From: Dongiaceae bacterium
GTDB taxonomy: Bacteria; Pseudomonadota; Alphaproteobacteria; Dongiales; Dongiaceae
Direction: 5' to 3'
Length of the DNA: 64,000 nucleotides
Assembly (NCBI GenBank): GCA_039808885.1
Contig: JBDHTX010000010.1
Coordinates: forward strand, 2,403-66,402
The notes under the pieces were generated by a model. That model did not search any database, was not told the origin of the DNA, and saw nothing but the letters and a program-made list of their open reading frames with translations. Positions within the stretch are counted from its first letter, which is position 1, and each line of letters starts with the position of its first letter. Positions 1-10,500 of the stretch are shown in pieces. The position numbers and the translations under genes were made by a program.

Positions 1-52
1 AGCCGAATTGCGGGTGCGGCCGCAGGCTGTAGGCCGTCTTGTCGGTGGTCAT
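1..52 (-). CDS. 5' end of an unidentified gene running off the window (MTTDKTAYSLRPHPQFG...), probably part of the glycosylation locus
   Basis: ATG at 52-50 preceded by GGAGAG; frame open to the window edge; divergent from pseG. Confidence 0.4.
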   Translation of the reverse strand, partial: MTTDKTAYSLRPHPQFG

Positions 53-381
53 CGCGCTCTCCACTATGCTGGTCCGAGCCATTCTGCCGGCGCCATCTCG
101 CGGCGCGCCCCTCCCTAACATACGCCCCCACCCCTGCCAAGCCGTGGGCCGGCAAGGGTAATTTGGCTTCGACCAGCGGCCGGCACAGGCGCCGGCGCGC
201 GCAACCACTGGCAGCATAGGCGCGGCGAAGACGGTTCCAACGGGCGGAATGTCGCAGCATTCGCGGGCCGGCCAATTGTCACCCGGGTCGCATTGAACCG
301 GCCGCCTTTTACGGCTATGCCAGCCCCATCGGGCGGCCTCCCCGCCCGCCATCCGGCCCAAGGGTTCAAATCAGGGGGACC

Positions 382-1329
382 ATGCGCGCAGCCTTCGTTG
401 TCGACAGCGGCCCCGCGATCGGGCTCGGCCACCTCAGCCGCAGCCTGCTGCTGCTGGATGCGCTGACGCAGAAGGGCGTCACCTGCCGCCTCTACACCGC
501 CGACCCGGCGGCCGCCGACGCGCTGGGACGCTCCGCCGAGCCGCTGCCGGCGCCGCTCGGCAAGCTGCCGAAGACCGACCTGGTGGTGTGCGATTCCTAC
601 CGATTGAGCGAAGGCGACTTCACCGCCCTGCGCGACCGCTGCCGGCTGCTGGTTGCGCTGGACGACACCGCCGACCGGCCGCTGCCGGTCGATGTCATCA
701 TCAATCACAACCTCTATGCCGCGCAGCTGGGCTACGAGGCGCTCTCGACCGCCAAGGTCCTGGCCGGTCCGGACTACGCCTTGGTCAACGACAAGGTGAT
801 GGCGGCGGCACACCACCGCCGCAGCCATCCGCCGGAGAACGCCGTGGTCATCAGCTTCGGCGGCACCGATGACGGCGCCATCGCCGCCAAGGTCGCCGGC
901 GAATTGCTGAGCCGTTGCGACGCGCGGATCGACGTCATCGTCGCCGCCAGCCGCCAGCCCGCCGCGGCGATCCGCGATCTGGCGCAGTCTCATCCCGGCC
1001 GCGTGGTGCTGCATCACGGCGCCGATGTGCCGGCGCTGCTGTCGCATGCGCGGCTCTATCTCGGCGCCGCCGGGATGATGTCCTTCGAGGCCTTCGCCAT
1101 CGGGCTGTTCCTGGTGGTGGTGCCGATCGCCGACAACCAGCGCCCGGGCGCCGAGGCGCTGCTGCGCTATGGCCACGACATGGTGGCGGAGCTGGACCCG
1201 GAAAAGCTTGCAGAGCATGCCGCGCGGCGCTTGAAATCGCCGCCGGTGATCACCCTGGCGCCGATCGACGGCAAGGGGCCGGAGCGTCTGGCCGCGGAGC
1301 TGCTACACGAGATCGCGCAGCGCCACTAG
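382..1329 (+). CDS. pseG: PseG/SpsG-like GT-B fold UDP-sugar hydrolase (pseudaminic acid pathway)
   Basis: N-terminal DSGPAIGLGHLSRS motif, CDSY and DD motifs, GGTD, LGAAG; next to pseI. Confidence 0.7.
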   Translation: MRAAFVVDSGPAIGLGHLSRSLLLLDALTQKGVTCRLYTADPAAADALGRSAEPLPAPLGKLPKTDLVVCDSYRLSEGDFTALRDRCRLLVALDDTADRPLPVDVIINHNLYAAQLGYEALSTAKVLAGPDYALVNDKVMAAAHHRRSHPPENAVVISFGGTDDGAIAAKVAGELLSRCDARIDVIVAASRQPAAAIRDLAQSHPGRVVLHHGADVPALLSHARLYLGAAGMMSFEAFAIGLFLVVVPIADNQRPGAEALLRYGHDMVAELDPEKLAEHAARRLKSPPVITLAPIDGKGPERLAAELLHEIAQRH

Positions 1330-2408
1330 GGCTTCGCCGCCTCCGCGCGCGGATCCGGCGCCTCGACCATCGACCAGTCGAGCGGCGTGCCGCGCTTCAC
1401 GTCGCGCGTCGCCTTGCGGCCGAGCACGTCCTTCAGATGCTTGGGCGCGAGGCCCAGGCCCGGGCGGATGGAACGCACCTGCTCCGGCCCGATCACCTGC
1501 CCCGCCTTCAGGTCGGCGACGACGTAGAGCGAGCGGCGGAACTTGCGCGCGGCGCGCTCGCTTTCCGCGAGGCCGTAGAACACCTGGCCCTTGGCTTCCC
1601 AGGCCACGTTCACGTCCTGGACCAGGCGGGTCAACTCCTCCGGCTCCAGGCTGAAGGCGGAATCGACCCCGCCATCGGCGCGGCGCAGGGTCACATGCTT
1701 CTCGATCACCGCGGCGCCGAGAGCCACCGCCGCCACCGGCACCGCCGTGCCGAGCGTGTGATCGGACAGGCCGATGACCGCGTCGAACATCTGCGCCAGA
1801 TGCGGGATGGTGCTGAGGTTGCTGTCGCGCGGCGGCGTGGGATAGCCGCTGGTGCAATGGAGCAGCACGATATCCTTGGCCCCGGCGGCGCGCGCGGCGG
1901 CGACCGCCTCCGCCACCTCGCCAAGCTCGGAGGCGCCGGTCGACATGACGATGGGCTTGCCGGTCTTGGCCACCCGCTCGATCAGCGGGATGTCGCAGAG
2001 CTCCAGCGAGGCGATCTTGTAGGCTGGCGCGTCAAGCTTCTCCAGCAGGTCGACGGCGGTAAAGTCGAAGGGCGAGCTGAAAACCGCGATGCCGAGCTCC
2101 CGGCCGCGCTTGAACAGCGGCTCGTGCCACTCCCACGGCATCGCCGCCTCGGCGTAGAGGTCGTAGAGCCGCGCGCCATCCCACAACCCGCCATGGACCA
2201 TGAATTCCGGCCCGTCGTGGTCGATGGTGATGGTGTCGGCGCGATAGGATTGCAGCTTCACCGCCTGGGCGCCGGCCTGGCGCGCGGCCTCCATCACGGC
2301 GAAGGCGCGATCGAGGCTGCCATTGTGGTTGGCGGAGAGCTCGGCGATCACATAGGGCGGCTGATCGACCCCGATCTTGCGGCCGGCAATGGAGAAACTG
2401 ACGGTCAC
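1326..2408 (-). CDS. pseI: Pseudaminic acid synthase (NeuB family, C-terminal SAF domain)
   Basis: PYVIAELSANHNGS, VKLQSY, KIASLE, GLSDHT, IEKHVTL, RRSLYVV...SIRPG; GTG start at 2408 with AAGGAGG RBS, overlapping the WbqC stop. Confidence 0.9.
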   Translation of the reverse strand: MTVSFSIAGRKIGVDQPPYVIAELSANHNGSLDRAFAVMEAARQAGAQAVKLQSYRADTITIDHDGPEFMVHGGLWDGARLYDLYAEAAMPWEWHEPLFKRGRELGIAVFSSPFDFTAVDLLEKLDAPAYKIASLELCDIPLIERVAKTGKPIVMSTGASELGEVAEAVAAARAAGAKDIVLLHCTSGYPTPPRDSNLSTIPHLAQMFDAVIGLSDHTLGTAVPVAAVALGAAVIEKHVTLRRADGGVDSAFSLEPEELTRLVQDVNVAWEAKGQVFYGLAESERAARKFRRSLYVVADLKAGQVIGPEQVRSIRPGLGLAPKHLKDVLGRKATRDVKRGTPLDWSMVEAPDPRAEAAKP

Positions 2409-3145
2409 ACCGCCTCCTTCACAAGTTGGGTCGCCGCCGACGGGCGGATGCCGCTGCGGATTACCGCGCCCGCCGCCGCGACGCCGACATTGGCGACCAG
2501 GTCCAGCACGCACATATAGGGCAGGAACGCCCCGTTGACCTGCGGATAGGTCGGATGCTCGTAGCGCTGATAGAGCAGGGTCATGCCATGGGCCGCGAAT
2601 TGCGCCTCGCCGTCCGCCTCGCTCAGATAGCCGGCGGCGCCCGCCGGCGACAGATAGGTGTCGGCGCCCACCGCGCGGCAGAGGTCGACCAGGCGGTCGC
2701 GCCGGTCGGCGCTTTTCTCGGCGATGGCGGAGGAACGCAACCGCCGGCCGGCGATGCCCAGGCGTTCGGCGATGGAGGAGATCAGCGCCACGTTCAGGTC
2801 GCAGAGTTTGGCGCTGCCGCCTTGCAGAACAGGCTCGTAGATCGCCAAGGCCTCGGCGTAGTGCGGCGCCTTGCGGTAGTTCTGCTGAAACGACTTCAGA
2901 TGCTTGGCGACCCAATGCGCCCCGTCGATCTCGACATCCTTGATCGCCTGCTCGCCGCCATGCCGGATCGGCACGGTCAGCATCAGCTCCTTGCCGCTCT
3001 CGCCCTTGATGCGGTTGCGCGTCTGCCAGCTCTGCTTCGAGAGCTGCACGTCGTCAAGGAAGACGAAGACATCCGCCATGTCCATCAGCGCGAAATAGCC
3101 GATCCAGGGCAGATAGGTCGGCTGCATGATGGCGCAGACGGTCAT
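2405..3145 (-). CDS. WbqC-family protein
   Basis: Starts MTVCAIMQPTYLPWIGYF; DDVQ...WQTRNRIK; YLSPAGAAGY; YPQ...FLPYMCVLD. Confidence 0.85.
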   Translation of the reverse strand: MTVCAIMQPTYLPWIGYFALMDMADVFVFLDDVQLSKQSWQTRNRIKGESGKELMLTVPIRHGGEQAIKDVEIDGAHWVAKHLKSFQQNYRKAPHYAEALAIYEPVLQGGSAKLCDLNVALISSIAERLGIAGRRLRSSAIAEKSADRRDRLVDLCRAVGADTYLSPAGAAGYLSEADGEAQFAAHGMTLLYQRYEHPTYPQVNGAFLPYMCVLDLVANVGVAAAGAVIRSGIRPSAATQLVKEAV

Positions 3146-3153
3146 CGGCGCCG

Positions 3154-4542
3154 CTACAGCCCGCTGAAGGCGCGGCGCAGGCGCGTGGCGACGTGGAGCC
3201 GCCGCGCCGAGACCAGCGCCACCTTGCTGCCGCACAATTCGATCTTCGGACGCACCTGGATGTCGAGCAGGTGACAGAGCAGCTCCAGCCGGTTGCGCAT
3301 CTGGTTGAGGTCCAGGCTCGGCATCAGGGTGCCGCGCACGTTCTTGTCGCGCTGGGTCCACTTGTAGCCGGAGAGCGGCTTCCACTGGGTCTGCCCTTCG
3401 CTCATCGGCCGCCAGCCGCGCTTGCCGCCAAGGACTTCCAGCCCGTCGATGATCTGCTCCGCGCCCAGCTTGTCCGGCCGGTACGACATGGCGATGGCGA
3501 AGGCGGCGCGCATGTTGCCGTCGTAGCACTCGTTCGGCGCCTCGAGGATGCGCGTTGCGCGCACGATCGCCTGGTCGACGGTCTTCGCCACCGGATTGAC
3601 CCGGGCCGAGAGGTACCAGTTGTTGATGTCGAGGTCCGAGGGCACGATGCACAGCGCCGGCCGATCCAGCGCAATGGCTTCCACCCCTGTCGTGCAATTC
3701 GTGTGGATCAGCAGCCGCGAGGCGATGATCCAGGGGATCGCCGGCCCCTCGCGCACGATGTCGAGGTTCGGGATATGGCCGACCCATTCGTGCCAGCGGT
3801 CCATGCGCTCGCTCGGATGCGGGCGCAGGATGATCTTCACGTCGGGGAATTGCTGGCGCAGCCTGGGCAGGAATTCGAGCAGCGCCGCCCGGTTGGCCTC
3901 CTCCATCAGGCGGCCTTCCTCCAGGTGCTTCACCTGGCGCGGGTCGCTCAGATCGACCTTCCCCATCTTCACCAGGTTGCGGATGATCTCCTCCACGTCG
4001 CCCTTCTCGGTATTGGTGAAGCCGAGATTGGAGTTGATCAGGATGAACTCGCCGTAGCGCCGCTTGATGTCGGCGACGTCCTGGTCGTAGATCGAGCGCA
4101 GCTCCGGCCGCATCAGGTCCCAGCGTGGGTTGCAGGCCTGGGTGACATGGTCGTGGTCGAGGCCGAAATTGGCGGCGAAGGATTCCGCGTTATGGGCGCC
4201 CGACAGGAAGATGTCGTCGGTCTCCGCCACCGCCGCCGGCGAGATCCACCAGAAGTTCCGGTTCTGCACCACGAGGCCCGGCATCTCCTCGTCCACGGCC
4301 ACCACCGCATAGCCCGTCGACCGGGCCCTGTGCAGCATCTTGGCGTCGCGCACGGTCAGGGTCTTCGAGCAATAGAGACCCGGGGTCATGCGCTCGATGT
4401 TGCGCTCGATCAGCCATTTCTGGCCGAGCACCACCTCAAAGCCGCGCTCCACCGCGACCGCCGCCAGCAGCAGGCGGGAATCGAGCTCGCGCGAGGCGAT
4501 CTCCATGGGGAAGTAGATGATCTTCGCAAGTCTGGCCGTCAT
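3154..4542 (-). CDS. Surface carbohydrate biosynthesis protein (probable GT-B fold transferase)
   Basis: PMEIASRELDSRLLLA, DEE, NPRWDL, ILINSN, LRPHPSE, HTNCTTGVEA motifs; same strand as wbqC-pseI. Confidence 0.7.
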   Translation of the reverse strand: MTARLAKIIYFPMEIASRELDSRLLLAAVAVERGFEVVLGQKWLIERNIERMTPGLYCSKTLTVRDAKMLHRARSTGYAVVAVDEEMPGLVVQNRNFWWISPAAVAETDDIFLSGAHNAESFAANFGLDHDHVTQACNPRWDLMRPELRSIYDQDVADIKRRYGEFILINSNLGFTNTEKGDVEEIIRNLVKMGKVDLSDPRQVKHLEEGRLMEEANRAALLEFLPRLRQQFPDVKIILRPHPSERMDRWHEWVGHIPNLDIVREGPAIPWIIASRLLIHTNCTTGVEAIALDRPALCIVPSDLDINNWYLSARVNPVAKTVDQAIVRATRILEAPNECYDGNMRAAFAIAMSYRPDKLGAEQIIDGLEVLGGKRGWRPMSEGQTQWKPLSGYKWTQRDKNVRGTLMPSLDLNQMRNRLELLCHLLDIQVRPKIELCGSKVALVSARRLHVATRLRRAFSGL

Positions 4543-4721
4543 GCCACTTTATGTAACGGAGGCGACCGGAGCGCGCAATGCCGCTCGCGGTCGCACGCCA
4601 TGCCCTTGGTCGTTGAAATTAATGGGTTTTCCGCCGGATCAGGAGGCTTGCGGCAAGGCCTGCCGGGGCCTTATCTGTTTCCCCGCACCCAGAACACGGT
4701 TTCGAGTCGGCGGTATTCAGA

Positions 4722-6707
4722 ATGAGCGATCTTTTCGGCAATAGCGGCAAGAAGGGCGGCGATTACAGCGCCAAGGACATCGAGGTCCTCGAGGGCCTGG
4801 AGCCGGTCCGGCGCCGGCCCGGCATGTATATCGGCGGCACCGACGAGCGCGCCCTGCACCACCTGGTGGCCGAGATCCTCGACAACTCGATGGACGAGGC
4901 GGTCGCCGGCCATGCCAGCCGCATCGAGCTGGAGCTGGGCGCCGACGGTTATGTCACCGTGCGCGACAACGGCCGCGGCATCCCCATCGACCCGATGGCC
5001 AAATACGGCAACAAGCCGGCGGTCGAGGTCCTGCTCACGACGCTGCATTCCGGCGGCAAGTTCTCGGGCAAGGTCTACGACACCTCGGGCGGCCTGCACG
5101 GCGTCGGCATGTCGGTGGTGAACGCCCTCAGCGACGATTTCACCGTCGAGGTGGCGCGCGACAAAGAGCTTTATGTTCAGTCCTATAGCAAGGGAAAGCC
5201 GAAGGGAAAACTGAAGAACACCGGCAGCGTCAACCGGCGCGGCACCACCATCCGCTTCCATGCCGATCCGGAGATCTTCGGCAAGCAGGCGCATTTCCGC
5301 CCCAACCGGCTCTATCGCATGTGCCGGTCGAAGGCGTACCTGTTCCGCGGCGTCGAGATTCGCTGGTCCTGCGACCCCAGCCTGATCCAGGCGGGCGACG
5401 ACACCCCGGCGCAGGAGACCCTGCATTTCCCCGGCGGCCTGTCGGACTTCCTCGCCGCCAACATCAACGGCAAGCAGACCATCACCTCCGTGCCGTTCGA
5501 CGGCCAGGCCGAGTTCCCGGACAAGCAGGGCCGCGTCGAATGGGCCATTGCCTGGCCGGTCGATGACGAAGGCTTCCTCAATTCCTATTGCAACACGGTG
5601 CCGACGCCGGAGGGCGGCACGCACGAGGCCGGATTGCGCTCCGGCCTCGGCCGCTCGCTGCGCGCCTATGGCGAACTGGTCGGCAACCGCAAGGCGGCGC
5701 AGATCACCGCCGAAGACATCACCGGCGGCGCCATGATGCTGCTCTCGGTCTTCATTCGCGATCCGCAGTTCCAGGGCCAGACCAAGGAGAAGTTGGCGAC
5801 GGCCGAGGCCGCGCGCCTGGTCGAAAGCTCGATCAAGGACCATTTCGACCACTGGCTTTCCGGCGATCCGGGCCGCGCCAAGGATCTGCTGGAGCGGGTG
5901 ATCGAGAAGGCCGAGGAGCGGCAGCGCAAGAAGCAGGACAAGGAGCTGTCGCGCAAGACCGCGACGCGCAAGCTGCGCCTGCCCGGCAAGCTCTCGGATT
6001 GCAGCAAGACCGGCCAGGAAGGCACCGAACTGTTCCTGGTCGAGGGCGATTCCGCCGGCGGCTCCGCCAAATCGGCCCGCAACCGTGAGACCCAGGCGGT
6101 GCTGCCCCTGCGCGGCAAGATCCTCAACGTCGCCAGCGCCTCGGCCGACAAGCTGGGCGGCAACCAGGAGCTCATCGACCTGATCCAGGCCTTGGGCTGC
6201 GGCACCCGCGACAAATACGACGAGGAGCGGCTGCGCTACGAGAAGATCATCATCATGACCGACGCCGACGTGGACGGCGCCCACATCGCCTCGCTGCTGA
6301 TGACCTTCTTCTTCCGCGAGATGCCGGGGTTGATCGAGGGCGGCCACCTCTACCTCGCGCAGCCGCCGCTCTATTCACTCACCCAGGGCGCGAAAAAAAC
6401 CTATGCCCGCGACGACGCGCACAAGGACGAGCTGCTGAAGGGCGAGTTCGCCGGCCGCGGCAAGGTCGAGATCAGCCGCTTCAAGGGCCTCGGCGAGATG
6501 CCAGCGGCGGACCTCAAGAAGACCACCATGGACCCGGCGCACCGCGTGCTGTTGCGCGTGCGCATGCCGCACCGCTATGTCGAGGAGGAGCGCCAGGAGG
6601 CGCGCGAGACCTCGGACCTGGTGGAACGTCTGATGGGCCGCAAGCCCGAGCTGCGCTTCCAGTTCATCCAGGAGAACGCGCAATTCGCCCGCGACCTGGA
6701 CGTGTGA
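4722..6707 (+). CDS. parE: DNA topoisomerase IV subunit B
   Basis: EGLEPVRRRPGMYIG, LHSGGKF, VEGDSAGG, PLRGKILN, MTDADVDG, RFKGLGEM; 661 aa with no GyrB insertion. Confidence 0.93.
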   Translation: MSDLFGNSGKKGGDYSAKDIEVLEGLEPVRRRPGMYIGGTDERALHHLVAEILDNSMDEAVAGHASRIELELGADGYVTVRDNGRGIPIDPMAKYGNKPAVEVLLTTLHSGGKFSGKVYDTSGGLHGVGMSVVNALSDDFTVEVARDKELYVQSYSKGKPKGKLKNTGSVNRRGTTIRFHADPEIFGKQAHFRPNRLYRMCRSKAYLFRGVEIRWSCDPSLIQAGDDTPAQETLHFPGGLSDFLAANINGKQTITSVPFDGQAEFPDKQGRVEWAIAWPVDDEGFLNSYCNTVPTPEGGTHEAGLRSGLGRSLRAYGELVGNRKAAQITAEDITGGAMMLLSVFIRDPQFQGQTKEKLATAEAARLVESSIKDHFDHWLSGDPGRAKDLLERVIEKAEERQRKKQDKELSRKTATRKLRLPGKLSDCSKTGQEGTELFLVEGDSAGGSAKSARNRETQAVLPLRGKILNVASASADKLGGNQELIDLIQALGCGTRDKYDEERLRYEKIIIMTDADVDGAHIASLLMTFFFREMPGLIEGGHLYLAQPPLYSLTQGAKKTYARDDAHKDELLKGEFAGRGKVEISRFKGLGEMPAADLKKTTMDPAHRVLLRVRMPHRYVEEERQEARETSDLVERLMGRKPELRFQFIQENAQFARDLDV

Positions 6708-6712
6708 GGTCG

Positions 6713-7078
6713 ATGACCTACGAGCAGTACAACGCCTTCTGCAAGTCGCTGCCTGCCACGACCTATGTGATGCAATGGGGCGGCTCGCATGTGTGGAAGG
6801 TGGGCGGCAAGGTCTTCGCCATCGGCGGCTGGGACGACGGCAAGCAGGCGCACATCACCTTCAAGGTTTCGCCCATCGCCTATGAGATGCTGAAGGACAA
6901 GAAGGGCCTGCGCCCGGCACCCTATCTTGCCTCGCGCGGGATGAAATGGATCCAGCACTACGCAAAGCCCGGCCTGTCGGACAAGGATCTGAAGAGCTAC
7001 CTCAAAGTGTCCCACCGCCTCGTGGCGCTGGGGCTGTCCAAGAAGAAGCGCAAGGAACTCGGACTCGAGGAGGCTTGA
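6713..7078 (+). CDS. MmcQ/YjbR family protein
   Basis: QWGGSHVWKVGGKVFA, PAPYLA...WI, SHRLVALGLSKKKR; starts a few nt after the parE stop. Confidence 0.8.
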   Translation: MTYEQYNAFCKSLPATTYVMQWGGSHVWKVGGKVFAIGGWDDGKQAHITFKVSPIAYEMLKDKKGLRPAPYLASRGMKWIQHYAKPGLSDKDLKSYLKVSHRLVALGLSKKKRKELGLEEA

Positions 7079-7118
7079 CCGGCGCCGATCCCGAAGAAGC
7101 GCCAGCCGGCGATCGGTG

Positions 7119-7511
7119 CTACCCGCCAGCTTCGCCCATCGCCTCGGTCAGCATCAGGCGCAGCTCCGCCGTCCGCACCGGCTTCGGCAGGATTCCGAAC
7201 ATCGCCAGGTTCGCCTGTTTGCCGAGCAGAAAGGCCATTTCCCGGATGTTCGAATCGAACCCGCTCATGATGAGGATCCGAGCCTTGGTCTGGACCTTCG
7301 ACAGATACCGCAACAGCTCGATCCCGTCGGCTCCGGGCATGGTCAGGTCGAGGATGATGAGGTCAGGGTCGTCGCGGCCGACCGCCGCCCTGAAGCCCTC
7401 CCCCTCGATAAACACGTCGACGGCGTAACCCAGGGGCTCGGCGACATCGCGCACGTACTGCCCCATCGCCGGATCGTCGTCGACAATCACCAATCGTTTG
7501 GCTTTCGGCAT
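7119..7511 (-). CDS. Single-domain response regulator
   Basis: VIVDDD, LIILDLTMP (phospho-Asp), MSG, LPKP; no output domain. Confidence 0.85.
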   Translation of the reverse strand: MPKAKRLVIVDDDPAMGQYVRDVAEPLGYAVDVFIEGEGFRAAVGRDDPDLIILDLTMPGADGIELLRYLSKVQTKARILIMSGFDSNIREMAFLLGKQANLAMFGILPKPVRTAELRLMLTEAMGEAGG

Positions 7512-7540
7512 GGCGCACACCCCTTTGTCCAGCCCGCGCA

Positions 7541-10500
7541 TCAACCGATCTCTTCGGATGCAGGGCGCTGCAGAGCCGCATGCACGGCTCGCCCCAGCTC
7601 CTCCATCCGATATGGCTTGCGCAGGAGTTGCCACCTCCTGGCCTGTTGCGGAGATCGCTCAAGGGTTTCTCCCGGGAATCCCGACGCCAATAGCACCTTG
7701 ATGGCCGGTCGCCGCACAGTCACCTCCTTGGCCAGTTCATAGCCGTTCATCGCGCCGGGCATCACCACGTCCGTGAACAGCAGGTCCACCGGCCTCCCGC
7801 CACCGTCGATCGCCGCGAGCGCCGCCGCACTGCCGTCGGCCTGGATGACGTCGTAGCCGAGCATCATCAGCTGCGCGACTGACGCCTCCCGCAGGTCCTC
7901 GTTGTCCTCCACCACCAGAACGATCTCGCCATTGCCGCGGGGCACGGTCTCAGTCGACGGCCCTTCCAGCCGCGTTTCCGCGGTCAGGTGCCCACGCGGC
8001 AGATAGATCCGAACCGAAGTGCCGTGCCCAACTTCGCTGTATATCTTGACGTGCCCGCCGGACTGCTTGACGAAGCCGTAGACCATGCTGAGGCCAAGGC
8101 CGGATCCATGGCCCGGGCCCTTGGTGGTGAAGAACGGCTCGAATACCCGGGCCTGGACCTCTTTCGTCATGCCGGCCCCCACGTCCGAGACCTCAATCAT
8201 CACATAGTCGCCGGCCACCACGCCGGGATTGGCCTTGGCATAGTGCTCGTCCAGCCGCGCGTTCCCGGTCCTGATCGTCACCGTCCCGCCCTTCGGCATC
8301 GCGTCCCGGGCGTTACCCGCCAGATTGACGATGCAGCTGTCGAGCTGAGCACCGTCGACCTTCACGGTCCAGAGGTCCTGCGCCAGCTCCGTGGCGATCT
8401 TGACGTCCTTGCCCAGCGTCCGCCCCAGCAGCTTGGCTATCCCGCGAATGCGCGAATTGGCATCGACATGCTCGACGTTGAGCGGCTGACGGCGCGCAAA
8501 GGCCAGCAGGCTTTGAGTGACCTCCGCTCCGCGTAGCGCGCCAGACAGCGCCGCCTCGATCAGCTTGCGGGCCTTCGCATCCGGAATGTTGCGTTCGCGC
8601 AGGAGGTCGAGGTTGCCGATGATCACGCCGAGGTAGTTGTTGAAATCGTGCGCCATGCCTCCGGTCAGCTTGCCAATCGCCTCCATCTTCGTGGCCTGCG
8701 CCAGCTCCGCTTCCAGGAGTAGGCGGTTTGTCACGTCGCGGATCGCGGCGGCGATCATGGTTCCCGACTCCGACTGCACCGGCGCCAGGTCGATCTCGGC
8801 CGGAAACTCCGTGCCGTCCTTCCGTCGCCCCCGCAGCAACGCGCGGCTCTCCGCCATCCGGCGCCTCTGGGCCCCCGATTGATACTCCATCCGCAGCAGC
8901 TCATGAGCGTCGCGGCTCCCGAGCGGCACCAGCATCTCGATGGGTTTGCCCAGCAACTCCGACCTGGACCAGCCGAACATCTCTTCTGCCTGGCGATTTA
9001 TCAGGGCGATGCACCCCTCGCGATCCACCATGACCAGCCCGCTCGGGGCAAACTCGAACAGATCGATATACTGCCGGCGGTTCCGCTCGCGCACGATCGC
9101 CGCCGCGATCGCCACGGCGAATATCTTCAGGAGGGTTCCGACGACGGCAACGTCCCGGAATCGCCTGCGGCTCATGACTGCGACCTGGCCCAGGACTTGG
9201 CCGCCCTGATCGAACAGCGGCTCTCCGGCATAGGCCTCGATGCCCTTCTCCGCCAGGTAGCGATCCGCCGGAAACCTCTTCTGGACGCCCTCCTCGACGA
9301 CGCAGCGATGCCCCTTGAGCACCACTTCGCTCGGCGTCCCGGGAAGCATGTAGCTCTCGTTCGGATGCAAGGCGCCGTGCTGCACGACCGCAACTATGCG
9401 CGCCTCGACCGAGCGCTGCGCCTCGGCGCGGGTGATGAAGGCGTACTCCACGCTCAACAGCTCTGCCAGGCGCAAGGCGGCGCGCTCGTAGAAGGCCGCC
9501 CCCTCGAGAGAGATCAACTCGGTCGAAAGCGCCTCCATGCCGCGCTCGATCCGCTTGAACTCCGTCATGTCGGTCGAGAGGCTGCCGATTCCGATCATTC
9601 GCCCCGCATCGTCGCGCAGCGGGAATTCGACGTTGTGGATATAGCGCTCTGCTTCCTCAACGACCTCGCGCATGTCCTGGCGAACGGCATCGTTCGATTC
9701 CAGGACCTTGCGGTCGGCAGCTTCATAGATGGCGGCGATCTCGGCGGGAAAGACGTCGCGCATCGACTTGCCGATCATATCCTTCATCCTGAAACCACGA
9801 TCCTCGGCCACGTTCTTGCTGACGGCAATGAAGTTCAGATCCAAGTCCTTGAGCACGATCTCCGTCGGCGAATTCTCGAGGATGGCAAGGAGCCAGGATT
9901 CGCGCTGGCGGGCCTCCTGCTCCGCCCTGACCCGATCGGAGATGTCCTGGACGGTGCCCGACGAGCGAATGGCCTTGCCGTCCGGATCGTAGGTCGTCTG
10001 GCAGCGTTCCTCGACCCACTTCACTCTGCCGTCCGGCATCCGCAGCCGATGGGTGATCTGATAGGGGGTCCGGTTCTCGACCGATGTCGTATAGGCGGCA
10101 TTCACAGCGGCGCGATCCTCCGGGTGAATCGCGCTGAGAAAGGCCTCGTAGGAGGCGCCGAAGCGCTCCTTGTCGATCTCGAAAACCTGAAAAATCTCGT
10201 CCGACCACCACAGGGCGCCGCTCGCCAGGTCAAGCTCCCAGTTCCCGACCTTGGCCAGGCTCTGCGCCTGGCGCAGGCGCAGCTCGCTTTCCAGCAGCAC
10301 CTTGTCGGCGGCGCGAATATTGGTGACGTCGAAAGCCACGCCGACCGTTCGCACCGCGCGCGGCGCGCCATCGAGGTCCTCAAAGAACGTCTGCGACTTG
10401 CTGGCCAGCCAGCGGATCGCTCCGTCACGCCGCACGATCCGATGCTCGACGTCGTAGCGTCCGTCGCCGGCGGGATCGTGTGCCCGCTTCACGGCTTCGA

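Noticed and set aside
4671-6347. Long antisense and alternative-frame ORFs over real genes (for example 4671-6347, 8879-11650, 24104-25981, 36164-37585, 50060-51556)
   Set aside because: Typical shadow ORFs of high-GC coding DNA; no motifs, and each is fully explained by the gene on the other strand or frame
4722-6707. gyrB, and a missing parC as an anomaly
   Set aside because: Length and C-terminus fit ParE; parE and parC are commonly unlinked in alphaproteobacteria
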